Assembly: GCF_001194135.2 (NCBI RefSeq)
Contig: NC_068983.1
Location: 153,817,761-153,865,293, forward strand
Length of the DNA stretch: 47,533 nt
From: Octopus bimaculoides
Lineage: Eukaryota
Reading direction: 5' to 3'
Shown here: positions 37,454 through 47,533 of the stretch, piece by piece
Layout: the number at the start of each line of letters is the position of its first letter
Numbering within the stretch: the first letter of the stretch is position 1
Made by a program: the position numbers and the translations under genes
Notes under the pieces: model-generated
Told to the model about the DNA's origin: nothing
The model's input: only the letters and a program-made list of their open reading frames with translations
The model's database searches: none

Positions 37454-39540
37454 TATTTTGCCTTTGCTTTAATTTATACAAGCTGCACCCAAGTCTCCGT
37501 CAGGTAACAGGGTGATTGTTTGCTTCTAAAACGGTGAAATGCCATGCAATTGAAAAAAAATCGCCATGAATTATAGCAGTGTAAGTTTGCATTAAAATAG
37601 AGAGAAATTTCGATAGAGGATGTGAGGTGCATATAAGTATGGCGATTTGCAATTCACCTATTTTGGGACAGCCAAGAAGTTTGTCTACATATTTGTATGC
37701 TCTTTTTCATATCATTCAAAGTGCTCCAACGTTAGAGTATATAGAGATGTACAATCATGATTTCTTTTTATATTTACTCAATTTTTGAAGCGTTTTCAGA
37801 GATCTACCTTTATCAGTTGAGACTGTAACATCCATCAAAAGTCATCTCTATTCAGCTTCAGTTTTACCGTGTTAGTTCGTAAGCCTGGATTTACCGTTCA
37901 ATCTGACGACTTAAGTTCCAAAATATGGTAAGTTATTCATTCTAGATAATATCCGGTGGTTTCTATTCCGAACAATTATCTTTGTGGTGGAATTTATACA
38001 TGCAGCACATTTTTTGCTACCGTTTCTCATTTGTGTACAGGAGGATGGTTTCTTTGGCGATATTTTTTTGTTTTGAGCTTTCATTAAGAACTCACATTCT
38101 TCGGCCACTGGTTCGTCTAGCTGCATTTCTCGACGGTATGTTATTCCGTCTTCCGCCATTGAATATATAACCAGTTTTAACATTCAGGCACTTGTTTGTT
38201 ACAGGTAAACAGAAAGTTCTGTAATTGCAATTTTCATTGAAAATTAAGATTACAGTAATCTCCTTACGCCTTCTTTCCTTAGAAGGTATATTTAGTGTAT
38301 ATGCATTCATTTGGTGGATAATTCATGTGATGCATTGTCATCAACTTTCGGAATTTCGCATCAACTTTGTGGATATCAGAGTTACACCAGTTTCTAACAT
38401 TCTAGTCACGTGCGATTAACAACATAGCCAATGTGTCTATGACCTCAAATTTGTTTCAAGCATTCAACTCGGTTTTCAGAGTATCTCTTACTCTACGATA
38501 GCATTTCTATTGTTTGGTTATTAATCGTATTTAGTTTTTCAAACAATGCGGTTTTACATCAATTTTGAATGAGTAAAAGAATATTCGACTTCAGTAGACC
38601 TGTGATGTCCGTAGCTACCATTTCTCCAGCAAGTTGCCATATCATCATACGTCTAAAATTTCTCTCTTTAATTTTGTATGTATTAAATCCAAAGTCAAAG
38701 GTATACAGATTAACACTTATTTTTATTGGGCGAAAAACAAAACTCTTCAGAATATCTACTTCAGCAATCTTTTACGCAACGCTAAAACATATTGATATGG
38801 AGTATTAATTCTCATATTGGTTGCAAGTCATACATTTAGAATAAAATATAGTTTCTTTTTTTAAAATTAACCTCTAGAATAACATTAGAGTTATTTTAGG
38901 AATTCCATACTGATGAAAGTTTAAAAGAAAACATCCTACCGGTGTTTTGAATATAAATTTAAAGCATAATCAACTATTAGCCATTTCATACTGTATCTAC
39001 AAATTCCTTAATTTCCACCTCCTGACCAGATACTAATTATGAGAAAAGTAAAGTGACGAGTGAAGAAATAAGTATATAAAATAAAGAACACTATCACTGC
39101 TGCTTTCAGTTCCTAATCTGGGAATGCGATTTCCGATAGTATCAACGTTGGATTTCCTTTGCCTTTTGTCGATAAAATATGTACCAATTATATATTGGAG
39201 TGAAACCAATAGACTGAATTGTCTTCCAGACAAATTGGTTTTCTTCTTAGTCAAACTTAGTAACAAGGAGGACATGTGAGCAGAAGTAGTTTTTATGTCA
39301 GAATTATTGAACACAGAGAGCATTATTTATTAGAAGAAAGTCGTTACAAGGAAAGCTTTTGTTAGGGTACGCGTTCATTTCATTTAAAAGCCACTGCATA
39401 TTCTGAAAGCGATTTTGTTGTCTAATTATTCTTTTCAATGTTTTGAAAATGCTTTTGTTTGGGTTGTTACTGAATCTTATAAATGTTGTTGCTATTATGC
39501 GGAATGTTTATCTCAAATGTCATAAATAGTTTGATGACTG

Positions 39541-39682
39541 AGTGTAGTAGTAGTAGTAGTGGTAGTAGTAGTAGTAGCAGCAGCAGCAGCAGCTCCAGCA
39601 GCTCCAGCAGCAGTAGCAGCAGCTCCAGCAGCAGTAGTAACACCAGCAGTAGACAGACAGGCGGACAGACAGACAGACAGAC
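39541..39682. repeat. (AGT)n/(AGC)n/(AGAC)n microsatellite
   Basis: Tri- and tetranucleotide runs; explains the poly-S/L/C/A ORFs. Confidence 0.93.
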
Positions 39683-42600
39683 ATGAAGTGATCGAGAAAC
39701 ATTCATCTCTAAGTCCTGCTTTTCACCTAGCATTTAGAGATGAATGAGAAAATACCAGAAAAAAAAATCGGTACACTTAAGCAATTTTAAGCAAAATCTC
39801 ATTGCGCTATATACACGTAGATAGAGGTGTGGATAAAATGTGAACAACATGGTCATAGCTAATAGTCTAATGGTTAATAGGCCAACTGTAGTAAGTCTGC
39901 TCCAGGCGAAAACGGTATCCGCAGTTTATTAGTATGGCATAACCATCATGATATATTCGATGTTAACACAAAACAAAACAATGAAAAGCTTCGGTAATGA
40001 ATGTTTTACCCCTGAAATGATTGATATTGCAAATTTACTCTGAAAGTCTTTTTAACCAGGTTCAATTGCTGAATTGTCAAATATATATATTGTCACGTTT
40101 ATAATTTTTATGCATTCTACATTTTCGTAGATGAACGTATTATGAAATTTATATATGAATACAACTAGCAACATAACATGTTTAATAAACACCTCTTTTA
40201 TTATCCTGCTGGTAATTCTATAATTATACCTGGTCTCCTACGTCCTCTTTACGATTACTATTGTCATAAGTGACTCATGGCAATTATGTATGGATAATAA
40301 CCCTTAGAGTGACTTTCTGTTGCGGTTTCTAACTCCACAGAGAACGATCGCCTTGATTATATGCTGCACTGCATGTTTACAGCGCTAATATATATCTAAT
40401 TTATAGTACATATTTGCAAGTATCTGGTATTCATGAGCAGTTATTCAAGTTAGAACGTTACGTAAGGGTAACCCCTTTAGTTAGTGTGCTATCATATCGA
40501 GGCGTTCCTTAAATTGTAAAATTGTAGTAGTTTTCTTCTAATCCATATTCTGTAATAACTAATTAATGGTATAATTAAGCATTAAACATGAATTGTCTAC
40601 TGAGCTGAATGTGATAGACAAACTACAGAGCCATAAAAATGACTGCTCTGTTAATATTACCCTAATCAAATTTATTAACAATTGACTGGCAGTCTGAAAA
40701 GTAATAAAATGAAGTTTTCTTTCTATGTCAGAAAATCAACCCGATACATCAACTATTGCTGAACGTGTATCAGTAATAGTAATCTCATCGGTGAGCACAA
40801 TAATCTGCATGTATATGACTTCTCTTCGCTCTATCTGTTTCCCCATTTCTGGAAACATAACGCTGTCGTATTTTATTTTTGTAATATATTATGATCGTTA
40901 ATTTTAACTTACAGCGTTTTCTATTTACAGTCAGGTATATAGAAACACAACTGGCTTCACTGGCCGCAGGCAGAGTGTAGTAAACGAAACAAGATATGAA
41001 CCACTCACATTAAACCAAGCAATTTGATACACTATCTGATCAACACAGTACGATTCTTCGCTTTTATAATAACATGATTATAAATTGTCACAGTGAATGC
41101 ATTAAACAAATTTATGAATCCATAAAGTAATAATTAAATATGGAATCTAAAGCCTCAGATTAATTTTACAAATATATCGTTTGTTTCTCTCATTTCTATG
41201 CTTTAACGACGACGTTATCCTATCTAATAAAATTAATACATAAAGGGTGTTTCGCTTTAGTTTAATTGAGTGAACTTCATCATTTTCTTTCTTTTTGTTT
41301 CCAGTGGATGTTTTAATTTAAATACATTTTACTTTTATTCGTTTAAAATTTAAATAAATTTTATAACTAGATCTAATTTTTTTACTCTTCTTTGCTGATT
41401 ATACAATAATGTATTTTTACTATATTTGTAAGTGTGTGAGCCAACCTGTATGCATTTATTTGTGTGCGCGCATGAATTTCTAAGTTATTAATGTTTTTCA
41501 AAATATACAGTTTTTGTTATAATGTTATAGTTTTCTATTGAATATTTCTTTAATTTATTCCAATAACAATCTTGAAACCGAACATTTTCAGTCGTAAATC
41601 TTCATCTCTAATTATTTCGGATGATCATTAAATAACGGTGAGAATTTTACCTCCGTTTTCATTGGCTTAAAGTAATAACCAATCTCGAAATAATGAATTT
41701 GTTGTGAGGAAAAACGGAGCAAAATATTTCAAAAATTATTTTTAAAAAGTTATACCAAATTAGGATGAGATGAAATATAGGAAAAACAAGAGAGCAGACC
41801 TGTGTTTAAAAGAAAATCGATAGCATGGTTATAATATATTGAAATATTCCAACGTAGTATGAATATATTTAATATAACGGTTCCTATTTTAGTTGATACA
41901 TTAATCAATAGAATTGTTCTATGTACGATTACTGTCAATCTAAATTACAAACTTAATCTAAAATTGGCGCCATTTCATTTTGTCATTACTTAATAATTGT
42001 TGCGTTCTCCTTAATATAATGATTTCTTACGCCGGCAAAAGGCCAATACTTGGCTGTTACGTACTACATCGATCTTGGTGAGTGGAAAGGCAATGTTTAC
42101 CTCGGGGAAATTTTAAGACAGACTGTAAAACGCCGTAATCAAATACTGCATGTCATTTTGTCTGAGTCCCTATTTGCCATTCATTAATATAATTGCATGC
42201 AGATTTGCAAGGATACAAATTATTAGACTGCAAGCATTTATGGAACCTGAGCCTTGTACATTACTAGAATTGTTACTTATGAATATGGAAAAGCAAAAGT
42301 TAAATTCGATAATAGTAATATCAAATGTCAGTATATGAAAGAAGGAACCTAAATTCTACTAGATCCTTACGTAAGAGACATAACATTTCCACACAAAAAC
42401 CTCATACTTGATAGCTAATGTAGACTTTAGTAGAACGAACTCATCACTTCAGTGGTGTTTTCTTTTTTTTTTCAACACCACGTCTCTATCAGACGCTGTC
42501 TGACTGCTGGTACACTGGTTTATTGGGCTTAACTGATGGCTACGTTATGCTTAGGAACCGCAGAGAACAATAAAGCATTCTTTGATCTGGTTAGATGTAT

Positions 42601-43999
42601 TCGCAAACAAACTATGTTGAGCAAGCGGGAAGTACATTATAGAAAGTAGGAAGGAGTCAGCCATATCCGTCTGATATTTCAAAGTCAGTCTATCATTCCA
42701 TTTCAGAATAAGTATGATCATCATGCTACTGATCTATTTAACGTTTCTAATTTCCCAGGGGTCTGATCTAACCAGATCGCTCATACATTTCTTGGAGCCT
42801 CTATCCCCCCTCCCCAAAAAGAAGCTACTATCTTATATTATACAAGCATAACAGTCTAGCTGTCAAATGGCTAGCCTACAAAATTCTTCTTGTTAAGAAA
42901 TCCTTCCCCCCACTCTCTTGTGCGGGAAGCTTATGATGTTCGCCTTCCCGATTTCCGATGAGTTCTGTTGCTTGACAATGTAATTGTCCAGGTATCTCCA
43001 GCAAGAGCATGAGCCCATCATCGCTTCTAACAAATAATAGATGTTACAGGACATGTTAATTATAGGCATAATTTATTGTTATTTTACAATTATCCTTAAT
43101 TATAACAAACCAAAAAAACATAGAGGAAATTACAAAATCTCATCTGATTTTGGAAATGTTTTGTTTTGCATTAAAATTTTCAAATTAGAATCTCCCTTTT
43201 GTATGAAAACTGCGATGATGGTATTGTAATTCAGATATACATACTGGCACCAGATGATTAAAAGTTTATGACGAAATTCTATATCAATTATAAAATAGAA
43301 GCACTTGAACGTAATCATCGAATAGGTTATCATTGTTGCATATGTAGAAACGAAGGAACAAAGCAAACAAAGTTAGTAAGTCATTAAAACGTGCGAAAAT
43401 TGTAAACATTAATGATTTTCTTTTCGAATATAATTAGCATCTTCTTTTAAGAGTCACATTGTTTATGCTAAGGTATATTAGTATCCTTATTCACGTTTCG
43501 TTATGCCATCAATTTGTAAAAGATTTAGCAAAATTCGTATTGGATTAAAGATTATCTCCAAATGAATGTGACAAGACAGCAGAAATTATAACTGATGCCT
43601 TAGAAAATCACTTTAGTTATGTAGTACAAATTTAGTTTCAAATTTTAAAGCACGTAGTTAACCATAGTACATGAACATTAGTTAGATTAGTTTCTACTGT
43701 ATTGCAACTAACACACGATACAATCTACCGTTACCATAGGAGCTGACAAGTGAAATTGATTTGCAAATCATCTTGTCCGCTGAGTCATTTATATTGTTTC
43801 ATGTGACCTGTGACTCGTAGACTCTGAAACTTATGACCCAATTGATTAGTAGTTTCGCGAAAATAACTCTTGATTATTCAGAGTATGAATCATATGATTA
43901 TATGACCATGCACTTACCTGAATGACTAATGTTACCATTGACGACATATTTTGTGAAGTATTAAAGGACATAATTCTTATCTCATTTCGTTTTCCATGT

Positions 44000-44105
44000 A
44001 CCTTTATGAAATAACTTTAACTTTTACTTTTGTCAGTCATTCGACTGCAGCCATGTAGGGTCACTGCATTGAAGGGTTTAGTTGCAAAATTCAACCCTAG
44101 TACTT
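44000..44105. mobile_element. SINE fragment (second octopus-type family)
   Basis: TTTTGTCAGTCATTCGACTGCAGCCATGTAGGGTCACTGC..TTGAAGGGTTTAGT..AAATTCAACCCTAGTACT resembles a recurrent cephalopod SINE end, from recall only. Confidence 0.45.
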
Positions 44106-44109
44106 TTGT

Positions 44110-45605
44110 ACTGTGTCATGCCAGCTCGCTGCTTTGCTGCCGTAAATTCTGCTGTAGCATGTACCACTGGATGTACATCTATCCATTTCGAATGCGCATC
44201 AATAAGCACATCGTCGCATTAAAAGGACCAAAATAATCTACGTGTAACCTTTGTCACGGTTTTTTCTGGTCACTTCCAGGAATGTACAGGTCCTGGCGTG
44301 TCGCTGATATTGTTGACAAACGTCACATCTTCAACACATCTGCTCGATATCAGCATCCAGATTGGGCCACCTACAGTAGCTTCGAGATAATGCCTTCATT
44401 CCATTTATGCCTGGATGAGCATCATGCAATTTATTTTTTAAATGTTGTCTTACTTTAAACGGTACAATTATATGAGGGCCCTAAAATATGCAACCCACGT
44501 GCAAACTCAGTTCATTTTTACGCTGTAAAAACAGTTTTAATGACACTGGACAGTATTTGATCTTTGTTAGTCGAAGTATATCCTGTCCTCAGATAGGTGT
44601 GCCGCTAAAATTTTGCATTATGTGTACCAGTTCCGATGGTTGTTGAATTTCGTGTAAGGAAGTAGTCAAGGGTAAATGACCCAGTACATCAGCAGTAACA
44701 TTCGTAGGCCCGGGGACATAATGCATACGATAACTATAAGCGCTTAACATCAAAGCCCATCTCTGCATTCTAAGTGAACACATTTACTGAATACTCTGCT
44801 CTTCAAGTGGTGCAATAAAAGGTTTATGATCTGTATAAATTTCAAAATGACGGCCCCAAATATATTGATGGAATCGCTTGACAACAAATCAAACTGCAAG
44901 TGCTTCTTTGTCCAACTGAGAATAGTTCTTTGCAGCTGATAACAGAGTATGTGAGGAAAAATCTACGCGACGAACATTACTGTTATTCATTCGATGACAA
45001 AGGGCTGCACCTAGCCCTGATGGAGATGCATCACATTGTAACATTAAACGTTTATGTGTGTCATAATGCATAAGTACAGATGAATTAGTAAGTAACTTCT
45101 TAACTGTTGCAAACGTTTACTTATGTTCAACATTACCCTCTCAAAGGGTATCTTTATGCAATAAGGAATATAAGGGTGTCAGCACTGCTGAAATATTTTT
45201 GTAAAAAAACCACGATACTGTGATAACAATCCTACAAATGATCTTAACTCAGAATTGCTTTTAGTTTCTGCTGCATTTAAGATAGTCTGCACTTTATCAC
45301 AATTAAATTAAAAACCATCTTTATTAATTCGGTAACCAAAATAAGGAACAATATCACTAAAAAACTCAAATTATTCATCGTCAGTTTAATCCGCTTTTGC
45401 GAAGAAGATCTAGTATGATGGATAATGTATGAAGATGTTCACTATCTGAACGCTCGGTGATTAGTAATCCATCTAGGTGTGCCCAAACTCATGATACATC
45501 TTTAACAATATTGTCGATAATGCGTTGAAAAATTCCTGGAGCTGAATTAATTCCAAATGGTAATCTAGTAAATTGAAACAACCCAATTGGGCATGTTAAC
45601 TATTT
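44110..45605 (-). mobile_element. Ty3/gypsy LTR-retrotransposon pol relic (RT-RNase H-integrase)
   Basis: RT: GLFQFTRLPFGINSAPGIFQRII..AHLDG. RNase H: LQCDASPSGLGAAL..KNYSQLDKEALAV and MQRWALMLSAYSY..HYVPG..NVTADVL. Integrase: LHDAHPGINGMKALSRSY..WPNLDADIE..C*RCDVC, then RLHVDYFGP..DAHSKWIDV. Domain order is gypsy-type; no LTRs seen. Confidence 0.93.
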
Positions 45606-45619
45606 GAATGTCTTTTGTA

Positions 45620-46168
45620 TTTCGGACACTCTGCAACAGGCATGGACTTGACAGAGCCAAAAATTGGTTCAGTCATAAATCCGAAGGCATCGTTGAAAAT
45701 AAAAATGCAACGATCCTATGGGATTTTATGATTCAGTGCCACCAAGATATAGACAATAGGAACCTAGACATAGTCTTAATTGTGAAAGAAAAACTATCCT
45801 GAATCATAGATATAGCATGCCAAGCTAACAACAAGTTATGTGATAAGGAAGAAAGAAAAGTTGAGAGATATGGCAGGTTAGCTTGTTAAGCAGTTGTTGT
45901 CGGTGAAAAATATAGCAGTAGTACCAATAATTGTCGGAGCCCTGGGAATAGTGAGCAAACATCTTGAGAAGTACGTGGAACAAATAGGGGCTGCAATTAT
46001 GGTGGAGCACTTGCAGAAACAACACTGCTTGGAACCGCCTGAATACTCCGGAAGGTGCTCGAAAAGTAAGAGGTGCTAACTTAGCTCACTGGTTGTGAAC
46101 AGCTGACACTGCAGTACACCTCCAGCAATTGCTGTGCAAAGGCAATAATAACATTAATAATAATAATG

Positions 46169-46211
<43 letters not shown>
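45620..46211 (+). mobile_element. 3' end of R4/Dong-like non-LTR element (RLE endonuclease) with (TAA)n tail
   Basis: LCNRHGLDRAKNWFSHKSEGIVENKNATILWDFMIQ..NRNLDIVLI (RKPD-like), VVPIIVGALGIVSKHLEKYVEQIG..VEHLQK, followed by (TAA)n at 46145-46211. Confidence 0.9.
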
Positions 46212-46213
<2 letters not shown>

Positions 46214-46239
46214 ATGATAGGAATTGTTTTTTGTTTTTA

Positions 46240-46362
46240 AAGGTAATTAGAATGTGGAATGTAAAGACAGACACAATGCTTATCATTGTAATGAAAGCAC
46301 CAGAACTAACAAGTATATATAACATACAGAAAATAGCACTACTAGGCACCGCACACCTCCTC
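46240..46362 (+). mobile_element. Second RLE-type C-terminal fragment, internally deleted
   Basis: RMWNVKTDTMLIIV...TSIYNIQKIALLGTAHLL, a typical RLE-clade ORF end (QK.ALLGTA.IL). Confidence 0.75.
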
Positions 46363-46531
46363 TCACTTTCTCTCTTTCCCTTTCACTTCCTCTGTATCTC
46401 TCCTCTCCCCGCTTTTAATTTAACCTTGTGTGTATGTATCTATGTATCAACTTTTCTTTCGATCTACGTATCTTCTTTTCTTGCGAAGTGGTAAGCATTT
46501 AAAACCACAAAACGAACAACATTACCACTCA

Positions 46532-46690
<159 letters not shown>

Positions 46691-46817
46691 TCGCTGTGCC
46701 ACTCACATCTTCCTTTGAAGTAAGTGTGGTACACACCATAGGTACGAACAAAAACAAACAACACTAAGCATATTAATAGTATTGATAATAATAATAATAA
46801 TAATAATAATTATTATT

Positions 46818-46974
46818 TCTATTATAGGCAGAAGGCCTGAAATTTAGGTGTGGTAGACAGCCGATTATATCAACCCAATTGTTTTTCTGGTACTTAATTT
46901 ATCGACCCCGAAAGGCTGAAAGGCCGAATTTCACCCAGCGTGCTGTCGATCCTGCTACCTCAGATCGCCGCCTG
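46818..46974 (-). mobile_element. tRNA-derived SINE copy A
   Basis: Core CTGGTACTTAATTTATCGACCCCGAAAGG; ends CGCCGCCT before (TAA)n. Confidence 0.75.
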
Positions 46975-46991
46975 AATAATGATAATGATAA

Positions 46992-47172
46992 TCCTTTCTA
47001 CTGGAAGCACCATGGCCTCAAATTTGTGGGGAAATGATTAAGTCGATTACATAAACTCTGGTACGTAACTGGTACTAAATTTATCAATACCCGAAGGGAT
47101 GACAGGCAAAATCAACATCGGCGGAATTTGCACTCAGAACGTGTGCTAACGTTTCTGCCACCTTGTCGCATT
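46992..47172 (-). mobile_element. tRNA-derived SINE copy B
   Basis: GTCGATTAC..CTGGTACTAAATTTTATC..CGGCGGAATTTGCACTCAGAACGT..GCTAACGTTTCTGCCA. Confidence 0.8.
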
Positions 47173-47213
<41 letters not shown>

Positions 47214-47220
47214 TGATGAT

Positions 47221-47533
<313 letters not shown>

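Noticed and set aside
38569-38808. Stop-free frames on both strands (~70-79 codons)
   Set aside because: No recognisable domain or consistent splice pair; within chance expectation.
38910-38935. Perfect CTGATGA followed by GAAA (a similar string lies on the minus strand at ~35200-35222)
   Set aside because: No stem II can form between the boxes, so these are not hammerheads.
39467-39747. Poly-Ser/Leu/Ala ORFs
   Set aside because: (AGT)n/(AGC)n microsatellite.
42650-43030. YLDN- and WNDR-like peptides suggesting a DIRS element
   Set aside because: Motifs are too short, with no supporting RNase H or tyrosine recombinase signature.

Overview
AT-rich eukaryotic genomic DNA with 7 N-gaps, nearly all bounded by microsatellites. 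The mix of tRNA-type SINEs, mariners and Penelope/RTE/R4-like relics looks like an octopus or other coleoid cephalopod genome; this is inferred from repeat recognition, not from a search. I recognised no intact host protein-coding gene, rRNA, tRNA or CRISPR array, and most track ORFs are microsatellite or gap read-throughs. The window is a transposon graveyard. It holds four mariner relics (one full-length, with TIRs and a TA TSD), a maT/DD37D-like relic, decayed non-LTR elements (R4/Dong-like RLE, RTE, CR1-like, Tx1/L1-like), Penelope-like elements, a Ty3/gypsy pol relic (RT-RNaseH-integrase), SINEs and long-TIR fold-back elements. Best leads: (1) a 130-bp palindrome whose right arm folds as a near-canonical minimal type I hammerhead ribozyme, plus two more degenerate hammerhead-like motifs at Penelope-type ends; (2) a long-TIR element enclosing the next piece of the neighbouring RTE reverse transcriptase; (3) an 849-bp internally deleted Tx1/L1-like element with a 20-bp TSD inside a mariner. 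A few exon candidates are low confidence.
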